This document shows, piece by piece, positions 51,092 to 60,479 of a stretch of DNA of 60,599 nucleotides. Each line of letters opens with the position of its first letter. Positions within the stretch are counted from its first letter, which is position 1. The notes below the pieces were generated by a model that saw only the letters and a program-made list of their open reading frames with translations, was not told the DNA's origin and made no database searches. A program made the position numbers and the translations under genes. The stretch is from positions 1 through 60,599 of the IMG/VR virus record IMGVR_UViG_3300045988_080839. One strand, given 5' to 3'. This DNA comes from a virus.

Positions 51092-51394
51092 TTATTCCTT
51101 TCTTTCTTCTAAACAATCGCTCGTAAGCATATTTTCCTTGATTAGTTCATAAATAATATCAAGATATGTCCTGTTGTCTCTATATCTGCAATTTGCGTCT
51201 TTATGTATTCTTGGGTCATTATTATCCCAATTATTAACATCAAAAATCACATTGCTCACAAAAAGCATTTTTACACCTCTTGCAACGCAAAGGTAATAGC
51301 AACCACTCTTACCATATTCGCCCTTGCATTTCTTAAATCCGAATTTTTCAAACTCTTTGGCTTTAACTTTCGGAATTAGCATTGTTCTCACCAA
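51092..51394 (-). CDS. Hypothetical protein (100 aa)
   Basis: ORF track. Confidence 0.5.
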   Translation of the reverse strand: MVRTMLIPKVKAKEFEKFGFKKCKGEYGKSGCYYLCVARGVKMLFVSNVIFDVNNWDNNDPRIHKDANCRYRDNRTYLDIIYELIKENMLTSDCLEERKE

Positions 51395-51731
51395 CTTTCT
51401 TAAAGGGAACTCCTCTTAAATGCTTGTCAAGGTCTAATTCTATTCCGTCAATGTTTCCATTCAGTTTGTTTTGACAGTGACACAATAGCGTTTCAAGGTC
51501 GCAAATTCTGCCTACCCTATATTCACTTCTTATGAAGTCAAGAACTCTGTTTGCGCTTTCCATCCTATACTTTACTATCTTTGAATTGTAATCAAGTAGT
51601 ATATCTGAAATTTCTTTTTCACGCTGTCTGATTTTAGCTAAATTACACTTGCAAACTTCATAATCGCTAATAAGTCTTTGCTTTTCATATAGTGCGATTT
51701 TTTCCGCTCTATAGCCTTTAATTCTGCTCAT
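51363..51731 (-). CDS. Hypothetical protein (122 aa)
   Basis: ORF track. Confidence 0.5.
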   Translation of the reverse strand: MSRIKGYRAEKIALYEKQRLISDYEVCKCNLAKIRQREKEISDILLDYNSKIVKYRMESANRVLDFIRSEYRVGRICDLETLLCHCQNKLNGNIDGIELDLDKHLRGVPFKKVGENNANSES

Positions 51732-51785
51732 TAACTTCTACCTCCCTTTATCTTTTTTCTTCTTCATCCGTAAAATTTATCAGTT

Positions 51786-52277
51786 TTATGTTATTCCCAA
51801 GCCTTTCTCTATCTTGCCATAATCGTAATTATTTTGCTCTTTACAATTAAAGCTGTTCCTGTTATAAGCAGTCTTTTTCTCTTTCTTCTTGGAATCCTGT
51901 ATGCACCTTGTAACCATTTTAGATTCATCAAACGTGTATGCTTTATTCTTTTTCAAACCCAACATGGATTTTTCCTCAACGTAATCAGTCGGCACGTATC
52001 GGTCAGATTGTATGTAATTATGCATCTTCCAGTGCTTTATCACGATGATTCCGCTGTCAAATGTCAGTACAAATGACTTAGCAATCAACAATCTAAAATC
52101 ATCATCAGAAGCACCGCACATTCGTTGAATCTTCTTCGGGTTGTTCACAAATCCGTCATCATCCGCATTCATGCAAAAGTGAAAGTATAACATCTGCGTA
52201 CTGCTTGGCATTTCCAGAAACGCATCACTTTCTGTTATCTTTTTGGTGAACATTCGTCTTTCTGCCGTGCTAATCAC
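51786..52277 (-). CDS. Phage replisome organizer (N-terminal domain type)
   Basis: ORF track. RRMFTKKITESDAFLEMPSSTQMLYFHFCMNADDDGFVNNPKKIQRMCGASDDDFRLLIAKSFV...IVIKHWKMHNY. Confidence 0.65.
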   Translation of the reverse strand: MISTAERRMFTKKITESDAFLEMPSSTQMLYFHFCMNADDDGFVNNPKKIQRMCGASDDDFRLLIAKSFVLTFDSGIIVIKHWKMHNYIQSDRYVPTDYVEEKSMLGLKKNKAYTFDESKMVTRCIQDSKKKEKKTAYNRNSFNCKEQNNYDYGKIEKGLGIT

Positions 52278-52304
52278 TTCCTTACTTCAAGTTCTTTGTC
52301 TTAA

Positions 52305-52736
52305 TTATTTCAAAAGTTCCGGATTGTCAAATATGTTGCCGATAACTTCAATTTTAAAACTCTCAAAGCTCCATAAATCCCACTTTGCACCGATTGAAAA
52401 TACATCTGTTTTGACGCAAATCCAAGAGAACTGATAATAGTTATTCTGCCAAAAAGCTTTATAAAGATTTCCATGTTTATCTTTTACAATGTCATTCTCC
52501 CAGATCAGATTGCCGTTCTTGTCCTTTAATCCTGTGCATTGGCAGATTGTATCTGGAATTACTTCGTGCATCACAATTATTCTTCCGATCTCATTCTTAA
52601 CATTTACAACATTGCCCACAGGATGTATGTAATACTTTCCATTGGAAACAATAAGATTTCCAGTAACCCAAACATTGTTAAATTCTCCTTTTTCTTTTGG
52701 AGTTGTCTTAGCTTTATACAGATATCTGTCTTCCAT
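52305..52736 (-). CDS. YopX-family protein
   Basis: ORF track. YIHPVGN...CTGLKDKNGNLIWENDIV...EVIGNIFDNPELLK is the typical YopX signature. Confidence 0.7.
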   Translation of the reverse strand: MEDRYLYKAKTTPKEKGEFNNVWVTGNLIVSNGKYYIHPVGNVVNVKNEIGRIIVMHEVIPDTICQCTGLKDKNGNLIWENDIVKDKHGNLYKAFWQNNYYQFSWICVKTDVFSIGAKWDLWSFESFKIEVIGNIFDNPELLK

Positions 52737-52749
52737 ATTCTCTCCTACT

Positions 52750-53067
52750 CTAATACCTTGATATTTCTATCTTGCTATTCAATATGGTATTAAGTTCATT
52801 GCTAAGTAAATCAAACTCACGCTTCACTAATGATTGCGCTTCATTTATCGCAGCTATTACAGATGTACTGTTTAATTTTCTATCCACAATACCTAGTGTT
52901 TGACAATTCATGTATAATGTTTCCCCGCAACCGCATAGTGTGTGAACACATATATATAATCTTTTGTTGTCACCTCTGTAGATAGTTCCTGTTTCAACTG
53001 GCTCTCCATATTTTGCATTGCTTATGTATTTCATATTTTCTCCTATTCTGCTTCTGATTGAAGCCAT
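52750..53067 (-). CDS. Hypothetical protein (105 aa)
   Basis: ORF track. Confidence 0.5.
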   Translation of the reverse strand: MASIRSRIGENMKYISNAKYGEPVETGTIYRGDNKRLYICVHTLCGCGETLYMNCQTLGIVDRKLNSTSVIAAINEAQSLVKREFDLLSNELNTILNSKIEISRY

Positions 53068-53249
53068 TTCTCTATTTCTGTTACCGAACGCATTGCAATG
53101 CCGTTCCTAATAATCTTAACGCTACCCTCTTCATAAGTTTCTATTGAACATATAAAATCAAGCAACTCTTCATCCGACATATTCCTTATCCTGTCGGCAT
53201 TGGTCGCTTTCACATCAACAAGTTCAAAACACTCATCACGCCATTTCAA
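53043..53249 (-). CDS. Hypothetical protein (68 aa from a TTG); possibly the 3' part of a gene disturbed by the IS
   Basis: ORF track. The reading frame stays open a further 29 codons upstream with no start codon, up to a TGA about 11 nt outside the IS end. Confidence 0.4.
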   Translation of the reverse strand: MKWRDECFELVDVKATNADRIRNMSDEELLDFICSIETYEEGSVKIIRNGIAMRSVTEIEKWLQSEAE

Positions 53250-53376
53250 TACATTATCAATATTTAATGAACTGTAACCTACATGGTAATAATCTTCGCC
53301 GACTTTTTTGTACTTGATTTCGTAATACTGATATTGTCAATATTGGTTTACACTTTATTCTCAAGAATGTTCGACC

Positions 53377-54282
53377 TTACGCAGCCTCCTGTAGTGAAGC
53401 ATAGTATTGCTGTCGCTTAACCATCGGAGGTAACCCCCCGTTAGCAGAGCAAATCCTCCGGTTATTCCAATAGCTGATGAAGTATCTCCAGATGAGGGTT
53501 TTTAACTGTTCTACAGTCATTGTGGTGGTGTCATAACGCCCATAAAGTAATTCCTCTTTGAAGCGTGCCCACATGCTTTCACATCTGGCATTGTCATGGC
53601 ATCTGCCACCGGCACTGTTCATGCTCTGAAGAATACCATATTTATTGATTGCTTTACGATATAACTCGCTTGTGTACTGTGTGCCTCTGTCACTGTGAAG
53701 AACAGCTCCACGAAGCATAGGATATGCCTTGTAAGCATTATCTAAAGTTTGCTCACAAAGGGTAGCCTTCATATTTGTATCCATAGCAAGCCCCAGCACT
53801 GCCAGATCGTAGCAGTCAAAGATAGCTGAAACATACAGTTTTCCATCGGAAGCTTTTATTTCGGTCATGTCTGTAATACATTTTTCAAGAGGTTTTTGGG
53901 CTGAGAAATCTCGTTTGATTAAATCATCTGATTTACGGGCTTCTTTATCAGCTTTTGTAATGCCGTTGGGTTTGCGTTTCGGCTTATGATTAAGACCAAG
54001 TTCTTCCATGACACGATAAACAGTTCTTTCACCGGGAATGTGTACATCTTCAGGATGTTTTAGCTGTAATGCCTGATACATACGGATTCTTCCATACGTG
54101 TCGTTGCATTCATCCTCACTACATATATCAATCATCGCATCTGCCAGTGCCTGATATTTCCAAGGAGCATCTTTTGTTTTTAGGTATTTGTTAAATGCCT
54201 GTCTGGAAACATGAAGCACTTTACAATAAAAAGAAATTTTGCCCTTAATCCTGCCGTCATCCGTTTTAATTGCAATAAACAT
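53377..54282 (-). CDS. IS3-family transposase OrfB (DDE/rve core)
   Basis: ORF track. ...ITDMTEIKASDGKLYVSAIFDCYD...VLHSDRGTQYTS...NARCESMWARFKEE is a DDE pattern. Confidence 0.85.
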   Translation of the reverse strand: MFIAIKTDDGRIKGKISFYCKVLHVSRQAFNKYLKTKDAPWKYQALADAMIDICSEDECNDTYGRIRMYQALQLKHPEDVHIPGERTVYRVMEELGLNHKPKRKPNGITKADKEARKSDDLIKRDFSAQKPLEKCITDMTEIKASDGKLYVSAIFDCYDLAVLGLAMDTNMKATLCEQTLDNAYKAYPMLRGAVLHSDRGTQYTSELYRKAINKYGILQSMNSAGGRCHDNARCESMWARFKEELLYGRYDTTTMTVEQLKTLIWRYFISYWNNRRICSANGGLPPMVKRQQYYASLQEAA

Positions 54283-54623
54283 TAATCTCTGTTTTTTGCT
54301 GACTTCCGACGGCTGGCTGCGAAAAAAGCACTTGCTTCCTCAAGAAATTCGTTTTCTTCCTTTAAACGGCGTATTTCCTTATCCTGCTCTTTAACACGCT
54401 TCCTGAGTTCGATAAGCTCATCATTAAGGGATAAAGCATTCTTGGGGGTATGAACTGCTTCATTTGCACTGAGGCGGCCTTCCTTAAATGCTTTGATCCA
54501 TGTGTACATAGTACCTTTAGGGATACCTAATTCGTTAGCTGCTTTATGCCCGCCAATTTCCTGTGCAAGCTTTACCGCCTGTGCTTTAAATTCGTTGTCA
54601 TAAGATTTTTGGTTCTGTGCCAT
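54282..54623 (-). CDS. IS3-family transposase OrfA (HTH plus leucine zipper)
   Basis: ORF track. YDNEFKAQAVKLAQEIGGHKAANELGIPKGTMYTWIK and LRKRVKEQDKEIRRLKEENEFLEEASAFFA. Confidence 0.85.
   Translation of the reverse strand: MAQNQKSYDNEFKAQAVKLAQEIGGHKAANELGIPKGTMYTWIKAFKEGRLSANEAVHTPKNALSLNDELIELRKRVKEQDKEIRRLKEENEFLEEASAFFAASRRKSAKNRD
54291..54297 (-). promoter_or_regulatory. IS3 frameshift heptamer A_AAA_AAC
   Basis: The zero frame reads GCA AAA AAC. The -1 frame continues KKQRLMFIAIKTDD into OrfB. Confidence 0.65.
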
Positions 54624-54693
54624 AGGTTGTTTCTCCTGTTCTCGTATTGATTATGATTATATATCAAAATCCTTGAGAATAGGCTGTCAACTT

Positions 54694-55017
54694 TTATGAT
54701 ACAACATCATACGGCTTGTTTTCTATCATCCTTACAATAATTTCCAGAGATGTAACTTTGTTTTTTGTATCATCATTTTCTGAAACTTTGCTATCACATC
54801 TGCAACAATGCTCATTATCTCTTGAATTGCTGTTATGCTGGCAGTTACAAGTGTGCGCCTTTTCTTTTGTAGCTAAGTCAAGGTAATATTTCAAATCTTT
54901 TATCAAACTAATAGTTCCGTAAAGCTGTTTTATCTCAAGCATTTCAACAACTTCCGATATTCTTCTATCAAAGTCACGTTCGCTTACGCTTTTAAGAAAT
55001 TTATCCATTTTCTCCAC
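54694..55017 (-). CDS. Hypothetical protein (107 aa)
   Basis: ORF track. Confidence 0.5.
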   Translation of the reverse strand: MEKMDKFLKSVSERDFDRRISEVVEMLEIKQLYGTISLIKDLKYYLDLATKEKAHTCNCQHNSNSRDNEHCCRCDSKVSENDDTKNKVTSLEIIVRMIENKPYDVVS

Positions 55018-55029
55018 CTCTCAATTCTT

Positions 55030-55260
55030 TCAACTTCTTAAATTAAGTCCGCCGCACCTAATACAATAAAACTTTTTATATCCTCTGGCATATTCACACA
55101 AATAACCACAATGTCCGCAATATTCTCTTCCGTTACTACCAAATGATGTTTTTTTAGGTTCTGACACATTTTTTCTCTCGAACAACTCTCCATGTTTGCA
55201 ATCTATACAATAACCATAATCTTCTTTATACTTGCAAATATTACAATCAATCATTGTCAT
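55030..55260 (-). CDS. Cys-rich zinc-finger protein (76 aa)
   Basis: ORF track. CNIC...CIDC...CGHCG...CIRCG. Confidence 0.55.
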   Translation of the reverse strand: MTMIDCNICKYKEDYGYCIDCKHGELFERKNVSEPKKTSFGSNGREYCGHCGYLCEYARGYKKFYCIRCGGLNLRS

Positions 55261-55687
55261 ACCTCAATTCTTTCAGTTTTTCTTCGGCTTCGGATTTTGT
55301 GAGAAATACGGTTTTACCAAAATTCTTCAAATTTGTTACAATCCAATCAAGGCTATATGCTCTCATATCTTGTACATAATTTTCTTTTTCGCTGTCACAC
55401 TCATACTCGCACACTCGGCAACTATATTCGTCAAATTCCTTATTGCTAAATTTGCATTTAGTGTATCTGTTGAAAATACAATAAACTGTATCTCCCACCT
55501 TGCAAGGCAACTTGATAAGTCTGCCCTGCTCCTCTAAATTCTCATAATCAGCAAGTTTTTTAACCATATCTTCAACAATCCCGCAATTGCAACCGCTGGT
55601 AATGCATCCAATGCAATACGTGCTATATGGAATTTTTACTCCTGCGCAAGAATTTTCTCCATATTTTCTGTTTGTTAATCTCTCCAT
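55247..55687 (-). CDS. Hypothetical protein, paralog of 60063..60479
   Basis: ORF track 55247..55723. Start moved to MERLTNRKY (AAAGGAGCAGTA RBS). Shared block KLADYENLEEQGRLIKLPCKVGDTVY. Confidence 0.55.
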   Translation of the reverse strand: MERLTNRKYGENSCAGVKIPYSTYCIGCITSGCNCGIVEDMVKKLADYENLEEQGRLIKLPCKVGDTVYCIFNRYTKCKFSNKEFDEYSCRVCEYECDSEKENYVQDMRAYSLDWIVTNLKNFGKTVFLTKSEAEEKLKELRYDND

Positions 55688-55706
55688 TACTGCTCCTTTC
55701 TGCCAT

Positions 55707-56303
55707 TTAATCGTTCTCCTCATATGTATTTTCAGAAATCAAAGTCATAAACTTCTCATACTGCTTTTCAGAAACTTTGTTACCCTGTTTCTCCGGCTTC
55801 AAGCGGATTTCAAGGTGCTTTTCTGCAATACTGGATAATTCCCTTGCAAGATTGATTTTCCCTTGTCTAATGCCGTCACGATAACCCTTAGTAGGTCTGT
55901 ATTCATCAATCTTTGCTTTTCCCTCTCCCTGGCTACCGCTTGTCTTGTTACGCAACTGATAGCCATAATCGGCATAGGTTTTAATATAGTGCTGTTCCTG
56001 TTTATCCAATTCTGATATTGGGAAATTAAGAAACCCGATTTTCCAACCGTTAGGGTTATCATCAGCGTATAACCCATGTTTTTTTAGACTAAGGTCTATA
56101 TGCTGATACCCTACAAGATGTTGTGCAAGTCTTTGCAAAATATGTACCGCCTGTCCGATATAAGCGTATCGAAAGCCGTTTTCATCAGTTCTTGTCAGAA
56201 AATAGATACCGCTTTCATCCGTAAGTCTAGGGTTTACTTCCAGTAACCGTTTACGGTTCTTTGATTCTATTGCTTTTGCCTGCCGTATGTTTTGATAACT
56301 CAC
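55707..56303 (-). CDS. GIY-YIG nuclease domain protein (198 aa)
   Basis: ORF track. SGIYFLTRTDENGFRYAYIGQAVHILQRLAQH contains the GIY and YIG blocks. Confidence 0.65.
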   Translation of the reverse strand: MSYQNIRQAKAIESKNRKRLLEVNPRLTDESGIYFLTRTDENGFRYAYIGQAVHILQRLAQHLVGYQHIDLSLKKHGLYADDNPNGWKIGFLNFPISELDKQEQHYIKTYADYGYQLRNKTSGSQGEGKAKIDEYRPTKGYRDGIRQGKINLARELSSIAEKHLEIRLKPEKQGNKVSEKQYEKFMTLISENTYEEND

Positions 56304-56977
56304 TCTTTATCACTCCTATCATTAAAAGTATCATTGAAAATGCTTCTTCTTTTTGGTAAAAGTATCGAGGTACTCTTTACTTTATTATAAAAATCACCAT
56401 ACATTTTGAAGTAATCCCACCTATCAGCATATGCGTCCCACTTGCTTAAACCACCCATTCCTACTTGCGTTTTTCCTGCAAGTATGCAAGATGGAATAAT
56501 TACAGTTCTTTCAATATCGCACTCATAATCAAGGCAATAGAAAACAAAAATATCACATGTAGGCTCTCTCTTTTCAAGATTAAAAGAATGATACGGAAAA
56601 GATGAATTTTTTGGTTTTATTTTCTTTGAAGACTTTACATCAACCTTTATGTTTCCATTTGTAAGTAAGTCATAAGGATATTTAACATCTGTATGAACAC
56701 TTGCAAATCCTGTTTTTTCAAATATGTCATCAATAGCAAATTCTTCATAAAAATTCCCGAAATCAGATTCATTTGATGCTATTTCCAAATTTAGCAATGA
56801 AGCATAATATCTGCTTCCTCCGCTTTTTGAAACTTTATTTGATAATGCCATATCACCATAGAAATCCATCATTTCTGATTTTGTTGGAAAGTGGTCTAAC
56901 TTTAATGTATTTACAATATTCATAATTGCATTTTCAACATCTCCGTCTTCCCACTTTCTTCCATGCGCATAACCCAT
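56300..56977 (-). CDS. PD-(D/E)xK-type nuclease-like protein (225 aa)
   Basis: ORF track. PYDLLTNGNIKVDVKSSK fits D...(D/E)xK. Confidence 0.45.
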   Translation of the reverse strand: MGYAHGRKWEDGDVENAIMNIVNTLKLDHFPTKSEMMDFYGDMALSNKVSKSGGSRYYASLLNLEIASNESDFGNFYEEFAIDDIFEKTGFASVHTDVKYPYDLLTNGNIKVDVKSSKKIKPKNSSFPYHSFNLEKREPTCDIFVFYCLDYECDIERTVIIPSCILAGKTQVGMGGLSKWDAYADRWDYFKMYGDFYNKVKSTSILLPKRRSIFNDTFNDRSDKE

Positions 56978-56992
56978 GAAATCACCTCACAA

Positions 56993-57421
56993 TCAATTAA
57001 ATGGAAGACCTTCTGAAATTTCATCTGGAATATTCATCCAAGAATTATCAGAAGACTGTTGATTGCTTTCCTGCACATTGTCCTGTCTGCTCTTACTTTC
57101 TGCAAACTCGATTGACTCAACCATACAGTCGTTTGTATAAACAGTGTTACCGTCCTTGTTCTTATAGCTTCCAGTCTGCCATCTGCCATGAACTTCAAAC
57201 TTTACGCCTTTTCTTCCGTACTTCTCGACAAATTCAGCAGTTTTACCAAATGCCACGCAATTAATAAAATCTGCATTTGCCTGTCCATCACGCTTGAACG
57301 GTCTGTTTACGGCTACATTGAATTTTGCAACTGCCATGTTATTTGCGGTCGCATATCTTATCTCTGGCTCTCTTGTCATTCTTCCTGATATATCTACACT
57401 GTTCACTGTATTAATCCTCAC
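56993..57421 (-). CDS. ssb: Single-stranded DNA-binding protein
   Basis: ORF track. OB-fold block ISGRMTREPEIRYATANNMAVAKFNVAVNR...DFINCVAFGKTAEFVEKY...KFEVHGRWQTGSYKNKDG and an acidic tail ending LPF. Confidence 0.85.
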   Translation of the reverse strand: MRINTVNSVDISGRMTREPEIRYATANNMAVAKFNVAVNRPFKRDGQANADFINCVAFGKTAEFVEKYGRKGVKFEVHGRWQTGSYKNKDGNTVYTNDCMVESIEFAESKSRQDNVQESNQQSSDNSWMNIPDEISEGLPFN

Positions 57422-57430
57422 TTTCTTCTT

Positions 57431-57919
57431 TCAGCCGCCCAAGTTAGGCATTACGCAATCCCACACATAATCATTATATTTATCTTCCCTATCTTCTTTT
57501 AAGTTGCCATTCTCGATAAGAATATATCTGCTAAATTCCATGCCTCTTTCAAATACTTCTATTTTTATATCTACATTGTATGCCTTGGATAATTCAACGT
57601 ATGGTTCACTTTCTACATCCCAAGCCGATTTGAATTCAACAGCAACACAAGCGTTTCCGTCTTTTCTTTTCCATACATTTATATCATTTGGCTCAACAAA
57701 GTTTCTATGAGTACCTTTTATATGCGCAGTGCCATTAACATATATAGTTCCGTCCTCTCTGTTTATCTCGATTGCTTCTCTGTCAAGTTCTTCTCGTATA
57801 TCAATTTTTGGCTCTTTAACAATAATTGTTTTCCAAACTTGCAGATTATCAGCTAAAAGATTAAATACATCTTCCTGTTTTCCTCTTATCTTTAACATTC
57901 CCTTGCACCAATTTGGCAT
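57431..57919 (-). CDS. DUF1281-like protein (MPNWC... family)
   Basis: ORF track 57431..57952. Start moved to MPNWCKGMLKIRGK (GTGAGGAGAAATAT RBS). Confidence 0.5.
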   Translation of the reverse strand: MPNWCKGMLKIRGKQEDVFNLLADNLQVWKTIIVKEPKIDIREELDREAIEINREDGTIYVNGTAHIKGTHRNFVEPNDINVWKRKDGNACVAVEFKSAWDVESEPYVELSKAYNVDIKIEVFERGMEFSRYILIENGNLKEDREDKYNDYVWDCVMPNLGG

Positions 57920-57939
57920 ATATTTCTCCTCACTTTCTC

Positions 57940-58637
57940 CTAAAACGGACATTCATCCGCATTTCTAAGTTCCCATTCCATACCGCCCTGTGCAACGCTC
58001 ACATTTGCACTAGGAACGATTTTCTTAATCTCTTCAATAATTCTATCCTTATCGCAAGTTTCTTTCGCTGTGTGGCATAATATGACGTTCTGCAATGCAT
58101 CTGACTTATTTGTTTCTACAATCCCTTTGCAAGTTTCCAGCTCGCAATGCCCTAGAATCTTATGTTCGTAATTTGGAATATCCCTGTCCACCATATCAGC
58201 TATGTAGTTGCACTCAATCAGCATGTGATCTACCGCCTGTTTCCTAAAACTGTAAGGACAATACTCCATGTCGGTCATGTATAATAGCTTCTGTCCGTCT
58301 ACCTTGATGTAAAATCCGTAATTGGTAGTTCCGTTATGTGGCAACTGGAAACACTGGATTGTGAAACTACCGTATTTCCGCATCTTCGGATTTTCTTCTT
58401 CATATGGTTTCCATACTGGGATTCCCATTTTCTCTATTAAGTCTGCGCTTTTGCTGTGGTCGCCTAACCATGGGAGTGACTTATAATCACTCCCGATATC
58501 CCCCTTATGTTCCAATTCAAACCTTTCTTAATCTCCTTAATCGGTATTCCACAATCAAGGATAAGTGTTTCTCCGCTGTTGGAAGTTAAGGTGTAGCAAT
58601 TGCCTGTACTTCCTGTGGCTATACATTTAAGTTTCAT
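57940..58637 (-). pseudogene. MBL-fold metallo-hydrolase split into two frames (58464..58637 and 57940..58515)
   Basis: The N-terminal ORF MKLKCIATGSTGNCYTL...LILDCG...GVIISHSHG stops at a TAG. The -1 frame continues LGDHSKS.... Removing 5 nt (TTAGG) would restore a canonical HSHGDH motif. Confidence 0.55.
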
Positions 58638-58803
58638 TCCTTAATTTCTCCGCGTCTTCTCTTAACATTATTTTGAATTTTCCACCACACTCACAGACAG
58701 CTTTTGTGTCGTAAACATTCCAATTCTCATTAGAACGTGATTCATCTTTTTTCTGTGGTTTTCCGCACAATTCGCACGCACATATTATTGGATTTTGTTT
58801 CAT
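58627..58803 (-). CDS. Zinc-ribbon protein (58 aa)
   Basis: Below the cutoff. AGAGGTGTAAAT RBS. CACELCG...CECGG. Confidence 0.5.
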   Translation of the reverse strand: MKQNPIICACELCGKPQKKDESRSNENWNVYDTKAVCECGGKFKIMLREDAEKLRNET

Positions 58804-58805
58804 AT

Positions 58806-59186
58806 TTACACCTCTATTTCTTCATCCTGTGGAAACTGAAAGACAGCATTGTTAATATATTCTACTTTTGACGGTTGATTATCTGCTTGCACCACAATAC
58901 CGCATTTCTTCAATCTTTCAAATTCCCTTGCCATATTTTCTGAAACATCAACATTCTGCATTACGATAGGCATACCGATATATGCATCTCTAAGCATTTC
59001 CATAGCTTTCTTTGCTTTTTCCTCCGAACTATAAAGTGCTATACATTTAGGTCTCTCATGTAAAGCAAAGTATGCTACGATCTCCCATCTGTCTAATCCA
59101 TCTCCATATATTCCAACATATGATTCTTCTAAAGTAACAGAATCATAAGGAATATCTATTGTTCCGTCCTGACTAATTACTCTCAT
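58806..59186 (-). CDS. Hypothetical protein (126 aa), paralog of 33357..33641
   Basis: ORF track. Confidence 0.55.
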   Translation of the reverse strand: MRVISQDGTIDIPYDSVTLEESYVGIYGDGLDRWEIVAYFALHERPKCIALYSSEEKAKKAMEMLRDAYIGMPIVMQNVDVSENMAREFERLKKCGIVVQADNQPSKVEYINNAVFQFPQDEEIEV

Positions 59187-60060
59187 CCTGTACCTCCGTT
59201 GCCTGTGCTTCTATAGCTTCGTCAAAGTCTACTGAATTAGCGTTCTCGGCGATCTCTTCCTGTGCCAATTCAGCCGCATCAATTTGGTTATCAACATAAT
59301 GCGCATTTCCGTTTTCATCAATAACTGCCATGTCATTTTCATAAGCTATTTTCATTTCAATGCTCATTATTCCCCATTTCCCGATAAGCTGTCTGATAAG
59401 TGTCTTTTTAGCCATTGCATCAAAATTCTTATACCAAAATGTATATGCCGTTTTCTTCCGCAAATCGTTTCTATAACCGCTTGAATATGTTCTTGCGTGT
59501 TCTTCCATGGTTTCTTTTGTCCAGTAGATTTCTTTTCTGAACCCATTTATAAGCTCAAACATTGCATAATATCCAACCGTTTTTGATGTTGCTCTATTTA
59601 CTCCACTTATCGGGTTCGCATTAAGAACAATTTCTTCTGTGATTGGGTTAAAATAAGAAACTTCCCCCTCTTTAACCTCTGAAACTGTGATTTTCCGATA
59701 TTGACCGCTTCTGATTGCCAACTGAATATATCCTTTGTATCCAATCTGAAATTGGGCTTCCTTAACTCCTGCCTTGGTATTATCATAGGGAACCATGTAA
59801 TACTGACCTAATTGTGGACTAGGAGTAAGCTGTAATGCTTCTCCTAATAATGCAGACGATAGAATACTGCTGTTTGTGCATTGCGCTAATGTAGGATTAG
59901 TCTGAACTGCTGAAACTACACTGGAAATAAATCTTGTTGTATTTTTTTCCCCAACAACGCTCATAATATTTTTTTTAACTGCATCATTCGATAAGTAAGA
60001 AGCAATACCTGCTTTCTGTTTCTTCCCTGTCTCTGTTAATGCCTGCTTTGTATCTGCCAT
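59173..60060 (-). CDS. recT: RecT-family single-strand annealing recombinase
   Basis: ORF track. ...SILSSALLGEALQLTPSPQLGQYYMVPY...AQFQIGYKGYIQLAIRSGQY... is a typical RecT core. Confidence 0.8.
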   Translation of the reverse strand: MADTKQALTETGKKQKAGIASYLSNDAVKKNIMSVVGEKNTTRFISSVVSAVQTNPTLAQCTNSSILSSALLGEALQLTPSPQLGQYYMVPYDNTKAGVKEAQFQIGYKGYIQLAIRSGQYRKITVSEVKEGEVSYFNPITEEIVLNANPISGVNRATSKTVGYYAMFELINGFRKEIYWTKETMEEHARTYSSGYRNDLRKKTAYTFWYKNFDAMAKKTLIRQLIGKWGIMSIEMKIAYENDMAVIDENGNAHYVDNQIDAAELAQEEIAENANSVDFDEAIEAQATEVQDESN

Positions 60061-60062
60061 AA

Positions 60063-60479
60063 TTATTCCTCACTTTCATTCTTCTTCATTTCTGCTAACA
60101 TCTTATTTGCATCTTCCAGTGTGAGAAGTGCATATTGAGAACCGATTGTATCTGGAGCTGTAAAAAATTCATCAATTCCAAGCATTACAAAAATGTCACC
60201 GTCTTTGTCAATTCCAATAGCTTGTACTTTTTCGTCCTCATTGTACTGCTTAATGCAAAGTCCTTTGTTCCCATCATCGTCCTCATCAATCCAATACAGC
60301 CTGTCTCCAATTTTGCACGGAATAACTAATAATCTGCCCTGTTCCTCTAAGTCCTCATAATATTTTAATTTTTCTGCAAGGCGCAAAATTTTTACCATTT
60401 CCTGCGGTGTAGCTTCTACTTCTAAATCAAAAGTAAATGCCACACCGCCTTTATCACTTGTCGTTGTAAGTCTTTCCAT
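60063..60479 (-). CDS. Hypothetical protein (138 aa), paralog of 55247..55687
   Basis: ORF track. MERLT... and YYEDLEEQGRLLVIPCKIGDRLY. Confidence 0.55.
   Translation of the reverse strand: MERLTTTSDKGGVAFTFDLEVEATPQEMVKILRLAEKLKYYEDLEEQGRLLVIPCKIGDRLYWIDEDDDGNKGLCIKQYNEDEKVQAIGIDKDGDIFVMLGIDEFFTAPDTIGSQYALLTLEDANKMLAEMKKNESEE

Larger units (their letters stand above)
53349..54689 (-). mobile_element. IS3-family insertion sequence (about 1.34 kb, orfA/orfB with a -1 frameshift)
   Basis: Imperfect terminal inverted repeats: left 53349.. TACACTTTATTCTCAAGAAT versus the reverse complement of the right end, TGACAGCCTATTCTCAAGGAT. Ends are accurate to about 2 nt. No clear target duplication. Confidence 0.75.
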
